From an uncultured virus (IMG/VR IMGVR_UViG_3300020204_000044) (lineage: Duplodnaviria > Heunggongvirae > Uroviricota > Caudoviricetes): a stretch of 64,000 bases of DNA. A model generated the notes under the pieces. It saw only the letters and a program-made list of their open reading frames with translations. It was not told where the DNA came from and did not search any database. Positions 16,069 to 26,801 of this stretch are shown here, in pieces. Made by a program: the position numbers and the translations under genes. The DNA is taken from the IMG/VR virus record IMGVR_UViG_3300020204_000044, one strand, 5' to 3'. Each line of letters starts with the position of its first letter. Positions within the stretch are counted from its first letter, which is position 1.

Positions 16069-16324
16069 CTTTTTTACTCAAGTGATATATCATTATAGCA
16101 CGATCTAATGCTTCTTTCAAGAGAGGATTATTTTTTGCCTCTCGACGGATTTCTCCCCATAATTTGGAATCTCGCAAATCGTCGATCAATGGCTTACCAT
16201 CCTCTGTTCTTGGATCGTAGTCCCAGCCGATCGCTTCTTGATCTAGACTGCCATCTTCTTGTTGATACACGATTCCTTCTCTGCGAGTATAGATATACTC
16301 AACTCCTGGTTTTAGTTTTCCCAT
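16055..16324 (-). CDS. Hypothetical protein (start moved to 16324)
   Basis: MGKLKPGVEYIY...LW.EIRR.AK.NP.L.EAL. Confidence 0.65.
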   Translation of the reverse strand: MGKLKPGVEYIYTRREGIVYQQEDGSLDQEAIGWDYDPRTEDGKPLIDDLRDSKLWGEIRREAKNNPLLKEALDRAIMIYHLSKKDGKK

Positions 16325-16667
16325 CTTTTGAAAATCCCACAGTTTCTCGTTCGATATCTTCATGATCGAATTCAGCCCAATAGAGTTCAAAAGCCACAGT
16401 TTCTTCTAAGGCTTCAAACTGATGATATTCTCCAGGAGCCACTTTGGTATATTGTCCTGCAGTTAATATGGTTTCGTCTACCAGATCGTAATTGTTCTTC
16501 CACACTCTGATGACCAACTTTCCAGATTCGACGAAAAAACCATTCCATTTATACTTGTGTCTGTGCTTTGAACAGACTCCACCTGCCCTGGCTTCTATCC
16601 TATGGAATTCTAAAACTCCGTTGGCTTCTAGTAATTCTGTCTCACCCCACACCTTTCCTGCGATCAT
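16299..16667 (-). CDS. Cupin (mannose-6-phosphate isomerase-like)
   Basis: GKVWG, CSKHRH...NGFFV.SG, V.PG.YHQFEA; AAGGAG SD. Confidence 0.75.
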   Translation of the reverse strand: MIAGKVWGETELLEANGVLEFHRIEARAGGVCSKHRHKYKWNGFFVESGKLVIRVWKNNYDLVDETILTAGQYTKVAPGEYHQFEALEETVAFELYWAEFDHEDIERETVGFSKDGKTKTRS

Positions 16668-16694
16668 TGCTTTCTCCTTATCTCTTTAACTATA

Positions 16695-17201
16695 TTAAAT
16701 TATCTTATGCAGTTGAACGATCTCGCTTTGCCTACTGACTTCTTTGACAAAAAATGCGCAAGGTGGACTTTCATCGGAATGTAGGGGCACCGTTAAAAAC
16801 TGACCGTTCTTCATTTTGGGAAAATACCAGCGGACATCTTGAAAAATGTTCACGATTTCTATAGTCATATATTCGCATTTAAATCCATTGATAGGATTGA
16901 ATATAAACGCATCGAATCCACGTTCGTTGATGCTGGTCAACGGTAGAACTTCTGGATCCAGCCCGCATTCTTTATCTCCTACGACCATGCACCAATCTAA
17001 GGGCATCTGGACTTCGTGGCCCCCTATGTTCAATAATATCGCAGGACTATTAAATGATTCTAGGAAGATCAGCGGCATGAAAAAGAAATCCGGATCGTTG
17101 GGATTACTGTTATCCAGCACTGAAAATCTAGTATCTTCATCTACTTCGTTCGGTAACTCATTAAGATCGAAGGCTGTGTTGTTTAATGTTAATATTCTCA
17201 T
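16695..17201 (-). CDS. Conserved hypothetical phage protein
   Basis: 168-aa beta-rich ORF in operon. Confidence 0.7.
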   Translation of the reverse strand: MRILTLNNTAFDLNELPNEVDEDTRFSVLDNSNPNDPDFFFMPLIFLESFNSPAILLNIGGHEVQMPLDWCMVVGDKECGLDPEVLPLTSINERGFDAFIFNPINGFKCEYMTIEIVNIFQDVRWYFPKMKNGQFLTVPLHSDESPPCAFFVKEVSRQSEIVQLHKII

Positions 17202-17908
17202 TTATTCCTCTTTTCTAACATCGCTCGAGTTTTTTGATAAGACAAATCGAATGAATGAGTCCATCGTCCAAAATGTTTGTTCCAATCTCGATCATCGAAC
17301 AGATTAATGTCCATATCCCAGTCCTCCTCAAACATGGGAATGAATTGTGCCAATGCCTGACCCGCTTTTATGCGGATCATGTACGGTTCTGATTTTAGTT
17401 TCAACAGGCAATTTATATTGCTGACATGCTGATATTTGAATTCTAAGATACCGGGAGCCACGGTCCATTCTAAAGGATCTTTTTGATCCCAAACAGGTGA
17501 CATCATCAACCATTTTACCATCCGATCAGTTTTAAAATACCACGGACTCATCAATTTTATGTTGCAATAACCGGGCCATGCACCTGAGGCCTGGCTGTCA
17601 ATGTGATGTCTTTCTAAGGGCAGTTTGATTTCTTCTTTGCAGGCAAAATCGTAGGCGATAGATCCGTCCGGGCGGACTTCGATGTCGATGTCTGACCAAG
17701 ACCTAATGAGAAAACTGTTTTTATAAAGATCCTGGAATCCGTTACAATGCCGCACGGTGACCCAATCGGGATCTTTGCTAAGGTCGAAATACCAATTAGG
17801 CAAAGACCCTTTGCCTGCCTGAGGCGGAAATAGATCGACTAGGCTCTGCATGGTAGTATAGCATTGTAGTTTGATCTTTTTCTTTTTAAAATTAAAAAAA
17901 TTTATCAT
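17198..17908 (-). CDS. Hypothetical beta-rich accessory protein
   Basis: LPNWY...TVRHC.GF.D, KL.SPW, PG, I.AG..LAQ.IP. Confidence 0.65.
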   Translation of the reverse strand: MINFFNFKKKKIKLQCYTTMQSLVDLFPPQAGKGSLPNWYFDLSKDPDWVTVRHCNGFQDLYKNSFLIRSWSDIDIEVRPDGSIAYDFACKEEIKLPLERHHIDSQASGAWPGYCNIKLMSPWYFKTDRMVKWLMMSPVWDQKDPLEWTVAPGILEFKYQHVSNINCLLKLKSEPYMIRIKAGQALAQFIPMFEEDWDMDINLFDDRDWNKHFGRWTHSFDLSYQKTRAMLEKRNK

Positions 17909-19359
17909 ATGGTAACCTTGGTGACTTGGAAGGGATATTTTGCTTCTTTATAATATTTTTTTCTTTCTGTGAGATGACGTTTGGCATACTTACAGGTCGA
18001 AGTTATATCCCAGATCTGCACGAAATCTTTGTCTTCGGCTTTTCTGATGCCTCGTCCTATGCTCTGTATCACCCGAACAAAACTCTTGCCAGGTTCCAAT
18101 AGAACCAAGTTGAAAATACGAGGTATATTGATACCTACAGCGGCAACGCCGTAAGTTGCCACGATGATTTTATTATCGGCCGTTTTAATTTCATCATATT
18201 CTTCTTTTCTATCGTCTAGTTTTACCGCACCCGAGATGAATGCCGAATCTTTTAAAATCGCAGTGATCTTATTTCCTGTGTCGATCCTATTGACTAACAC
18301 TAATGTATTACCTGTATCAGAAATTTCTTCGATCTTGTTAGCGATCCATTCGATCCTTTTTTCATCGGTGACTAGCCAGGTATATTCTTCTTGATATGAA
18401 CGGAATTCTTCTATGTCTATGGTTTGTAGCACGTTGATTTCTAATTTCGCCAGCACATCTTTTTGTTGTAGATCATAAGCCGATACTTGATTTATCACAG
18501 GTCCTATGCCAGCCAATAGACTCTGGAATTCCCATTTTTCTTTAGGTATAGTTCCTGTTAAACCCCAACGGATAGGACAATTACGGAAGTTCTGAGTGGC
18601 CAATCTCATTAGTACATCTGCTTTGGCCTGATGCACCTCGTCGATGATAACGGCAATCACCCCTTCGCAGAATTCTGCCAAAGATAAAGTATCGTCGTCA
18701 TAACTCTTTTTCTCGAGCACGTTGAGACTCTGCCATGTGCAGATAGTGTGTGTTCGATTTAATTCTTTGCGATCTCCGAAATACACGCCAACGTCTAAGC
18801 CTAGATTCTTGTAGTCTTCTTCAGTCTGGACAACAAGCGATTTGTTCGGAACAATAACCATCGTACGGCCATAAGGTTCACAAAGATGCGAAAGCGTCGC
18901 GGTAGTAATCGTTTTACCAGCACCTGTAGCTACCTCCTGTAATGATTGCGGGTTTTTTAAAAACTTGTTAACCACATCATATTGATAATCTCTCAGCACG
19001 ATTGGTTGGCCTGCCGCCGGGTGACCTATTGGCCAAGTCTTTCCCTGATCCGCCCAATAGTTTTCTCCGATGTAGGCGAATGACATCGCTTGATGCAGAC
19101 GCTGATCTTCAACTTCTATGTCATATCCGGAATTTTCTATGATGGGAAGTATGACATCTAGATGTGCTAGATAACCGGTCCCCCCTATGCCGAAAAAGGT
19201 CTTAGTTCCATCCCAACGACCTAATTTATATGCAGGCATATGGCGGGCATAGGGAAGATCAAACTTCAGTTCGTTGACAATTTTACGCCGGACTTCTACA
19301 GGCAGGCTCTCGACTTTTATATTGACTTCGTCTTTGATAATCAGTTTACAACTTGACAA
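17905..19359 (-). CDS. uvsW: UvsW SF2 DNA helicase
   Basis: LRDYQ, ATGAGKT, IDEVH, GLTGT, GINIP, QSIGRGIR. Confidence 0.92.
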   Translation of the reverse strand: MSSCKLIIKDEVNIKVESLPVEVRRKIVNELKFDLPYARHMPAYKLGRWDGTKTFFGIGGTGYLAHLDVILPIIENSGYDIEVEDQRLHQAMSFAYIGENYWADQGKTWPIGHPAAGQPIVLRDYQYDVVNKFLKNPQSLQEVATGAGKTITTATLSHLCEPYGRTMVIVPNKSLVVQTEEDYKNLGLDVGVYFGDRKELNRTHTICTWQSLNVLEKKSYDDDTLSLAEFCEGVIAVIIDEVHQAKADVLMRLATQNFRNCPIRWGLTGTIPKEKWEFQSLLAGIGPVINQVSAYDLQQKDVLAKLEINVLQTIDIEEFRSYQEEYTWLVTDEKRIEWIANKIEEISDTGNTLVLVNRIDTGNKITAILKDSAFISGAVKLDDRKEEYDEIKTADNKIIVATYGVAAVGINIPRIFNLVLLEPGKSFVRVIQSIGRGIRKAEDKDFVQIWDITSTCKYAKRHLTERKKYYKEAKYPFQVTKVTI

Positions 19360-20545
19360 TTTTAAAATTCCTTATCACTGTAGGTTTCACTTCTCCTAGA
19401 TAACATAGACAAGGATGATTGAAAATCCACGTAGAAACGATCGCGTCACTGAGCGGAGGCACATAACAGTTTGTCCCTATAATTTTAACATCTATTTTAT
19501 TTTTAAACAACCATTTAGGCGGCTTCTGTAAGAAAATATAGATGTTACCTTCGTCGACTTTTCCTCCTAATCGATTTTCTTTGATCCAAGAGTTAATGTG
19601 AGAATTCTCTTTTTCTGATTCTCTGAAACAGATTTTGATTTCATCTTTACAGCCAGCAATTTCAGCATCAGATATGAACTGTTTTAACCATTCGAGCAAA
19701 TTTTTGGTGTTCTTATCTAAGATCACTGCCGAGCGGCCACCGGCCGATCTATGCAGGTCGAAAAATTTTGAATTCTCTTTCAACCAAAATTGATTGGCAG
19801 AATTAACAGAAACACACTCTACCAAGGTACTGAGTGGTTTTTCCGATTTTAATGGAAACCCCATGGTTTTCGCCAAGAAAATATCCTGTTCGCGGATACC
19901 TGTTTTTTTAGATTCGAACGCTTCGATCGCGTCGTTGACCGCATTGACTAATATGACCCTGTGTTCGTCGGCGCGAGCATACGGCATTATCGAATCTTGC
20001 TGTTGCCATATCTCTTCGACACTGCTGACTAGATCTAAAAATGTATTATCTATGTCAAAATTGTGGTAATTTACGAATTCATTAACGTGCATGATATTGT
20101 GTTTGTATGCTTCAATCATGCGTAATTTTTTTTCATGATCCCATCGATTATTTTCACTGTTCGACCTTTCATTCTTGACCTCGTTGTCGAACGTTTCTTT
20201 TAGCGAGAAGGGGAATTTCAAGCAAATCCAGATTTTTTTCTGATCATCAACTTTGACAAAAACTTTTTTAGATAGATCTAAGGTACGAAAAGGTTTTTTC
20301 CATACCGGATTTGATATCTCCGATTTATAATCTAGACCGAGATCGAAACTTTCGTTTTTATATCTAGATAAAATCTTTAAAAGATAGTTGGCTTGATTAG
20401 AAGTCAGCGATTTTTCGTCATTCGCACAGTAATCATGAAGGCTATATGTGGCCTTGAGGTCCTGATTGGTCACCAATAACTGCTGCGAGGAAATCAAAGA
20501 ATGAAATTGATCAAAAATATCTTCTATGTAAACAGATTTTGACAT
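19346..20545 (-). CDS. Hypothetical protein upstream of UvsW
   Basis: 399-aa ORF with its own promoter. Confidence 0.75.
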   Translation of the reverse strand: MSKSVYIEDIFDQFHSLISSQQLLVTNQDLKATYSLHDYCANDEKSLTSNQANYLLKILSRYKNESFDLGLDYKSEISNPVWKKPFRTLDLSKKVFVKVDDQKKIWICLKFPFSLKETFDNEVKNERSNSENNRWDHEKKLRMIEAYKHNIMHVNEFVNYHNFDIDNTFLDLVSSVEEIWQQQDSIMPYARADEHRVILVNAVNDAIEAFESKKTGIREQDIFLAKTMGFPLKSEKPLSTLVECVSVNSANQFWLKENSKFFDLHRSAGGRSAVILDKNTKNLLEWLKQFISDAEIAGCKDEIKICFRESEKENSHINSWIKENRLGGKVDEGNIYIFLQKPPKWLFKNKIDVKIIGTNCYVPPLSDAIVSTWIFNHPCLCYLGEVKPTVIRNFKIVKL

Positions 20546-20551
20546 TGTAGT

Positions 20552-20580
20552 AGTTTACTATAATTTCTGCATTAGGTCAA
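20552..20580 (-). promoter_or_regulatory. sigma70-type promoter, leaderless
   Basis: TTGACC 20580-20575, N17, TAAACT 20557-20552, ATG 6 nt later at 20545. Confidence 0.6.
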
Positions 20581-20584
20581 GATT

Positions 20585-21415
20585 TTAAAATCCAGAAAAA
20601 ATCCTGGAAAATGGCAGGCCCGACTGTATTTCCGGGACCGTCCATTCGGTATGACATAATTTTAAAAACCATTCTTCTCTATCAGGAAGCGTCGGATCTT
20701 CTAGATTCTCCCAATGATCTGAAACTGGATGTGCTAAACTGGTTTGATCGCAGATGATCGGAGTTCCTTCGACGGCGGCACGCACTGCTGGCCCACTATT
20801 GAAATTGATCACACAATGATATGAGTAATCCATATTGAAATCATCGTAGGAGTTTGGTATCTTGGCCGGCCGGATCAATTCTGTACCCGGTAAATTTATG
20901 TGAAAGGGAGATCGGGGATGAGGCCTAACATCGATCGGCCTATCCGAATACTGCCTTGCCCTGCTTACCATCGCTGAAACCCATTGCGCCATACTAGGCT
21001 GACCTTGCCATTGGAGGCTGTGTTCATGCTGGCAGGCGATTAATATGCGATTTTTTCGCTGGTCATTGATCGGCTTCAGGACTACTCCTAATTTTTTAGG
21101 TCGATCGGTATCAAGCATATGGTCATTGCCAAACTTTCCGAGCCCGTGTATATGATCGAGGCTCAGTCTCCATGTAGAACCACGGAAAAGATTTCCAACT
21201 TCAATGATCATCACGGACCTTCCCTGAGATTTGGCTCTTTCGAACACCAATTTATTAGGTTTCATCCGACCATACCAAAGGACCGACCATATCACGTCAA
21301 TGTCTTGGCCGTCTTCGACCACCGCCATGCCGATATTTTTCAATCCCTGCTCTACAGCAGCAAATACCGGTGGACTGTTTAGAGCGCCGTGCTCTTTCCA
21401 TAATTTAAATTTCAT
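20585..21415 (-). CDS. Capsule polysaccharide biosynthesis (KpsS/KpsC-like) GT-B protein
   Basis: IIEVG, ILIACQ, VRPHP, VINFNSG..V.A..EG.P. Confidence 0.65.
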   Translation of the reverse strand: MKFKLWKEHGALNSPPVFAAVEQGLKNIGMAVVEDGQDIDVIWSVLWYGRMKPNKLVFERAKSQGRSVMIIEVGNLFRGSTWRLSLDHIHGLGKFGNDHMLDTDRPKKLGVVLKPINDQRKNRILIACQHEHSLQWQGQPSMAQWVSAMVSRARQYSDRPIDVRPHPRSPFHINLPGTELIRPAKIPNSYDDFNMDYSYHCVINFNSGPAVRAAVEGTPIICDQTSLAHPVSDHWENLEDPTLPDREEWFLKLCHTEWTVPEIQSGLPFSRIFSGF

Positions 21416-21452
21416 AAGGTCTTATAAATAACCTAGTATTTAATGATAAATT

Positions 21453-21848
21453 ATGAGCAAATTCGCTAAACGGATAAAAAAGTTAAACAAAAAATCTCGG
21501 AACATCTTGGTCGCAGGCAGCGCCTGGGGAAATCTGTCGGAACTGACGGATTCGTTCGGAACTATCTTTCTAATCGATGACAAGAAAAGGATATTGCGTT
21601 CAAAGAACATCGTGTATCGTGAAAATTTCGATAATATTTCACACCTATATGATGTCGATGTGGTATTGATCGACTTGGATCACGAAAATCACATCACAGA
21701 ACTTTTACCGTTACTGAAAAGATGGAATTCTCTCATAGTCATTGAGGGTCCTGCTTTGATTTCTCAAGAAAATCAGAGATTTCTCAAATCACACAACTAT
21801 CAGATCGTGGATGTTTACAAAAATCATTATGTCTGGAAATTAAGATAG
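21453..21848 (+). CDS. Hypothetical protein
   Basis: 131 aa; TATAAATA at 21423-21430. Confidence 0.6.
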   Translation: MSKFAKRIKKLNKKSRNILVAGSAWGNLSELTDSFGTIFLIDDKKRILRSKNIVYRENFDNISHLYDVDVVLIDLDHENHITELLPLLKRWNSLIVIEGPALISQENQRFLKSHNYQIVDVYKNHYVWKLR

Positions 21849-21896
21849 GCATAATCTCATACTATAAATAAAAAACTAATCTAGACTGAGGAAAAA

Positions 21897-22880
21897 ATGA
21901 AAAAGATTGCATTTGTTACCGGAATGACCGGGCAAGATGGTCCGTATCTAGCAAAACTACTACTAGAAAAAGATTATAAGGTCTACGGACTGATAAAAAG
22001 GTATTCCAACCCTAATTTAGACAACATAACATATCTCGGAATCGAACACGATGTCGAATTAATCACCGGCGATATCACTGATGATGGATGCATGAATCAT
22101 TTGATTAAAAGTCTCAAACCCAATGAGTTTTATAATCTCGCAGCACAGAGTTTCGTGGGAGCCAGTTGGGATCTGAACAAATTGACCACCGAAGTAAATG
22201 CCGTCGGAGTGCTTAATATTCTAAACGCCATCAAGCAGCACAACCCCGACACTAGATTTTATCAGGCATCTACCTCAGAGATGTACGGAAACAGCATTGA
22301 AATCTCAGGTGGACACCAAGATGAATCTACACCTTTCTGGCCTCGCAGTCCCTACGGTGTGGCTAAATTATATGCCTATTGGATGACCATAAATTTCCGT
22401 GAAAGTTACAGTCTGCATGCTTCAAACGGAATATTGTTTAATCACGAATCCCCCATCCGAGGCAAAGAATTCGTCACTAGAAAGATCACAGACGGCGTGG
22501 CCAAGATCAAATGCGGTCTAGCAGACAGTATCACGTTAGGTAATCTCGATGCCAAGAGAGATTGGGGATTCGCTGGCGATTTCGTAGAAGCCATGTGGTT
22601 GATGCTACAACAAGATGAACCCGGCGACTATGTCGTGGCCACAGGGCAACAATATACCATAGGTGATCTATTAGAACGTGCATTTAAATATGCTGGAATC
22701 GATGACTGGCAGCAGTATGTTAAAAGTGATCCCAGATTTAAACGTCCTGCAGAATTGTTTAGCCTCTGCGGTAGTCCGAAAAAAGCGGAGACAGTGCTAG
22801 GCTGGCAACGACGCACAAGTTTTGAAGATCTTGTCAGAATGATGGTAGAGGCCGACATACAAAGATATCAGACTAAATGA
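21897..22880 (+). CDS. gmd: GDP-mannose 4,6-dehydratase
   Basis: TGMTGQDG, NLAAQSFV, YQASTSE, PRSPYGVAK, LFNHESP, GNLDAKRDWG. Confidence 0.95.
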   Translation: MKKIAFVTGMTGQDGPYLAKLLLEKDYKVYGLIKRYSNPNLDNITYLGIEHDVELITGDITDDGCMNHLIKSLKPNEFYNLAAQSFVGASWDLNKLTTEVNAVGVLNILNAIKQHNPDTRFYQASTSEMYGNSIEISGGHQDESTPFWPRSPYGVAKLYAYWMTINFRESYSLHASNGILFNHESPIRGKEFVTRKITDGVAKIKCGLADSITLGNLDAKRDWGFAGDFVEAMWLMLQQDEPGDYVVATGQQYTIGDLLERAFKYAGIDDWQQYVKSDPRFKRPAELFSLCGSPKKAETVLGWQRRTSFEDLVRMMVEADIQRYQTK

Positions 22881-23701
22881 AAAAAGCCGTAGTAACTACC
22901 TTCCATAAAGAGGGCTACGACAAATATGCCAAGAGGATGGTACAAACATTCTTGAAGACTTGGCCCGGGGATATAACATTATATGCATATCCTCAAGATC
23001 ATACCATAGACGAATCTGCAGAAAATCTCGTAGTTCGAGATTTACACGAATCGTGCCCGGAATTAGTCTCTTTTAAAAATCGGTGGAAGGATGATCCTAA
23101 GGCCAGGGGCGAAGTAGCGACTGGCCCAATGGATCGTAAAGGCAAGCAGCCAGGAATCGGGTTTAGGTGGGATGCTATTCGATTTAGCCATAAGATCTAT
23201 TCTGTTTGCCATGCTGCTCGAAACACTGAGGCTGACCTATTGCTATGGATGGATGCTGATATGATCTGCCATACTCCTGTTCCTCATCATTTTATCGATA
23301 GGATGTGTCAATCCCATATTGGTCTAGGATTTTTAGGCAGAGAAAGGAAATTTACTGAATGTGGTCTTTACTCTATGAATCTTAGAGATAAAAACACACA
23401 GGAATTTTTATCTGAATTCCAACAGGCCTACGACAGCGGACGGATTTTCCAGTTCAGTGAATGGAACGATTGCTGGGTTTTTGACGAAGTTCGTAAAGAA
23501 GTCAAGCAACGTCACCCCGAGTGGCAGTGGAACGATTGGTGTCAGGGATTAATCAAAGGTGAAGGTCATCCTTTGGTCAACAGCGAATGGGGTGCTTATC
23601 TGGATCACCTTAAAGGTAACCGTAAAAATCACGGTAAAAGCCTAAAAACCGATTTTATACGACCACGCACTGAAAAATATTGGATCAGTCATCAGAGTTA
23701 A
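22877..23701 (+). CDS. GT-A glycosyltransferase (paralog family B)
   Basis: RFSHK, WMDAD (DxD), ECG, W.DC.VFD, YLDHLKG. Confidence 0.7.
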   Translation: MKKAVVTTFHKEGYDKYAKRMVQTFLKTWPGDITLYAYPQDHTIDESAENLVVRDLHESCPELVSFKNRWKDDPKARGEVATGPMDRKGKQPGIGFRWDAIRFSHKIYSVCHAARNTEADLLLWMDADMICHTPVPHHFIDRMCQSHIGLGFLGRERKFTECGLYSMNLRDKNTQEFLSEFQQAYDSGRIFQFSEWNDCWVFDEVRKEVKQRHPEWQWNDWCQGLIKGEGHPLVNSEWGAYLDHLKGNRKNHGKSLKTDFIRPRTEKYWISHQS

Positions 23702-24401
23702 ATTCAGCCTTGCTGTGTTTGGCTTTATAATGTTCCATGTAAGATCCTAAAACAGTATGGCGCATCGGAGTCTTATAAGGTTTGGTAAAATTTTTGCAGA
23801 GATCTAATCCGTCTGCTTTCGTTTGTTCAAATACATATCCATAAACATCGTTGTCATAAAATCTTCTTAACATATGATGGTCCTGTTCAACGTAATGCCG
23901 TCTATATTCTTTTTTAAACTGATCAAATAATTTATGTTTTGTATTGATCGCAAAAAACCCAGTTTCAGGAACGAACCACTTTCCAGGTGAACCATCTTTT
24001 GCAGTAGTATATATTACACCCATATGTGTACTTAATACCGTCTCTGGTAAAATTGATTCTATAAATTTTATATCGATGTTTTTTACATGTAAAACATCGG
24101 CATCGAGCCAGATGATTCTATCAGCATTTGAATTATGCATCGCATGAATAAAGCTCCAGGCTTTTTTCGCAAACTTCTTTACCTGTTTATGGGCAGTTTC
24201 TTGGAATATAAAATATTCTTTTTCAAAGTCGTCGAATGATATTTGATGTATTCTAGTGTTGTTAGGAATATTAAATTCTTCAACATAACAAGTCAATGTC
24301 ATGTCTTCAGGCCAAAATTTTAACCACGACTCTACAGCATCTTTGCCTATAAGATCATAATAGTGTTGATTGAAACTGGTAATAACTTGTATTTTAAGCA
24401 T
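23685..24401 (-). CDS. GT-A glycosyltransferase (paralog family B)
   Basis: KFAKK, WLDAD, ETGFF, YD.DVY, YMEHYK. Confidence 0.7.
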   Translation of the reverse strand: MLKIQVITSFNQHYYDLIGKDAVESWLKFWPEDMTLTCYVEEFNIPNNTRIHQISFDDFEKEYFIFQETAHKQVKKFAKKAWSFIHAMHNSNADRIIWLDADVLHVKNIDIKFIESILPETVLSTHMGVIYTTAKDGSPGKWFVPETGFFAINTKHKLFDQFKKEYRRHYVEQDHHMLRRFYDNDVYGYVFEQTKADGLDLCKNFTKPYKTPMRHTVLGSYMEHYKAKHSKAEFNSDD

Positions 24402-25332
24402 AATTTCTCATATGACTCCAACAAGTTCCGTTAGAGATTTCACTGAAACTCCAATGGAACATTGCTAGACGCTCGACCCATCTTTGTCTATCTGGTAAAT
24501 CGGGATTTTCTATCTTAGAAAAATCATTATTAGAGATTTCTTTGCTCTGGCTACGATCGGGATCTGTGACAAATACCGGATAACCTTCTATTGCTGCTGC
24601 CACTGTAGGACTAGAGTTATAGTTTACCACTGCCCAACAATCTTTTAAATCCCCCATTAAATCCACACTCTCTTTGCTTAATCTTACTTTTTTTAACATG
24701 CCTATTTTTTTAATTAGATTATTTGGGGAGAGATAATTTTTAGATCCCTTGTCACCGGGATGAGCACGGATAACTATTTCTCTATCAGTGTATTTTCTTA
24801 ATTCTCGAAGAGTCTGTGCAGTCCAATCAACAACATCAAATCCATTCATGCTCCAACCTCCGTTTCGTTGTAAACACAATAAAATATGATTGCCATTACT
24901 TCGATAATCTTTTAAAGATAAACCGATGTGTTGCGAAACAGATACCCATCTAGACGGATCTATGTCTGTGTCACAATAATCACCCGTATTTGGAAAAATT
25001 CCGTTATAGCTATATCTTAAATAATGATGAGGGTTAGATTTATCCTTGTAGAGAAATAAATTAGAATCTGCCAATAAGACTTTTTTATTTTTACGTTTTT
25101 GTTCTTCTATAATTTGTCTACGAAATACCAAATGAGGCGTGTCTCTTGAATCTTCATGGACCCACCCTATCATCATAGCTACGTCAGCATCTATAAGATT
25201 TCGCTGTTCATGAATAATAACATCGTCTAATCCTAGATAAGCGACGCCTAAAGGGAATCTATTTAAAATTTCATTTTTTTCGAGATTTTTGTTTGTAGGA
25301 GGCAGGCACGCCTGATAAACAACGAATTTCAT
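24394..25332 (-). CDS. KpsS/KpsC-like GT-B protein
   Basis: ILLCLQ, IRAHP, VVNYNSS..VAAAIEGYP. Confidence 0.65.
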   Translation of the reverse strand: MKFVVYQACLPPTNKNLEKNEILNRFPLGVAYLGLDDVIIHEQRNLIDADVAMMIGWVHEDSRDTPHLVFRRQIIEEQKRKNKKVLLADSNLFLYKDKSNPHHYLRYSYNGIFPNTGDYCDTDIDPSRWVSVSQHIGLSLKDYRSNGNHILLCLQRNGGWSMNGFDVVDWTAQTLRELRKYTDREIVIRAHPGDKGSKNYLSPNNLIKKIGMLKKVRLSKESVDLMGDLKDCWAVVNYNSSPTVAAAIEGYPVFVTDPDRSQSKEISNNDFSKIENPDLPDRQRWVERLAMFHWSFSEISNGTCWSHMRNYA

Positions 25333-26801
25333 TTTTTCTTTTCCTTTTTAGAAATTATGGCTTCGTCGTTAATTTTTCTTAAACGATCTTTTTGTTCTAT
25401 ACCCAGGTAATGGATAAAATAGTCTTTGAGTTTACTGTTTTCAAGAACGAATCTACTTATGTACTCTGTGGGTGGATTCTCCCACGATGTATAATGTGGC
25501 GCTAGAGATGTCATTGGCCACTTTTGTCTTACTAAATTTGCAGCATGATGATCATACGCCTGCGGTATTCTAAAAATATCTCCGTTATACCAGGTTAATG
25601 AATAATCTTTGATAAATTTCTCAAATTCTATATGCCTAGAGTTAAATGCTACGATTCCTGTATCTATTGGACAATCACCTCTGTCGGGCCAGTCCTCTCC
25701 TGCATCTAAACTGGTCCACGCATTTTTTCCAGGATGCAATAATTCTATAGCTCTAGTACGGGTCAATGGTTTAGTCGCTGCGATATCAGCATCTATCCAA
25801 ACTACTAACCCTTTAAATCGTCTAGCAGCCCAGACTTGTACCCGACTTTTCTTCCAAAATCTATCGGCCTTGGTCCCGCCCATGCCTTCTTTAATCCAGG
25901 GATCTTCAGGACTGGCTACATCTTTCCAGAAATTAAAAATTTTTCCAAATCCTAGATCTATCGGCTTGTCATCCCAGACGATGACCACATCTCCAGGAAG
26001 TCTTGCCCACGTGGGCATAGTGAATTTTGCACAATATTCGTAATATTCTCTAGACAACGAAGTTACCCATGTTATCGGAGAGTATGCGGTAACATTATTT
26101 CTTCCTAGTTCATTAGAATAGTCTATGAGGTACTGATACCAGACATTTTTATGTTCGCAGTCCATATATCGAGGAAACCAAGGACCGCCTTCGGTCCAAT
26201 GATATGCGAACGGTTTACCTTGTTTGCATTGTTCGGGTTTATTATAACCCACTAGAAAATTGTATTGCACATTTAATTCACCGATTTCCGAATCTGCCAG
26301 CCACTGGAATCGATGTAAATAGGATCCGGGTTGGGTGTTGACATCTTCTAGAGTGAGTTTTGAATTTGAAGGATGGTTGCAATTCCAGAGAATCATTGAA
26401 CTCCAATTTTTTCTCGGATACTGTGTCTGTTCTTTTCCGTCCATTTTTGTTTTTGAATTAGGTTGATGATTATGTTTTACCACCATGACAGCATATTGTG
26501 GATCGGCCTGATCAAAAATTTCTTGTATATCTCCGTCCCAGATAAAATCACAGTCACAGAATAATGCCCATCCTTCTAAATTCATAATCTGAGGAACTAA
26601 AAATCTTGTGAATGTAAATTCGGTCGAACTTAAAGGATCAATCGGTCTTGTATAATAGCCGTCTTTTCTTAATCGATCCTGTATTAACGGTTTAACTTCG
26701 GCATTTGGGGTATTTTTATAAATGGAAAATTCGCAGACTTTATATGCGATATCTTCTCGGGGATCATAACCTACGAAAATAGGTAAAAATTCATTGTTCA
26801 T
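25329..26801 (-). CDS. Two-domain glycosyltransferase fusion (GT8/CDI-like plus family B)
   Basis: IFVGYDPRE, STEFTFTRF, FCDCDF, YPRKNWSS, HWTEGGPWF; C-terminal half has WIDAD and DTG; start moved to 26801. Confidence 0.8.
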   Translation of the reverse strand: MNNEFLPIFVGYDPREDIAYKVCEFSIYKNTPNAEVKPLIQDRLRKDGYYTRPIDPLSSTEFTFTRFLVPQIMNLEGWALFCDCDFIWDGDIQEIFDQADPQYAVMVVKHNHQPNSKTKMDGKEQTQYPRKNWSSMILWNCNHPSNSKLTLEDVNTQPGSYLHRFQWLADSEIGELNVQYNFLVGYNKPEQCKQGKPFAYHWTEGGPWFPRYMDCEHKNVWYQYLIDYSNELGRNNVTAYSPITWVTSLSREYYEYCAKFTMPTWARLPGDVVIVWDDKPIDLGFGKIFNFWKDVASPEDPWIKEGMGGTKADRFWKKSRVQVWAARRFKGLVVWIDADIAATKPLTRTRAIELLHPGKNAWTSLDAGEDWPDRGDCPIDTGIVAFNSRHIEFEKFIKDYSLTWYNGDIFRIPQAYDHHAANLVRQKWPMTSLAPHYTSWENPPTEYISRFVLENSKLKDYFIHYLGIEQKDRLRKINDEAIISKKEKKK

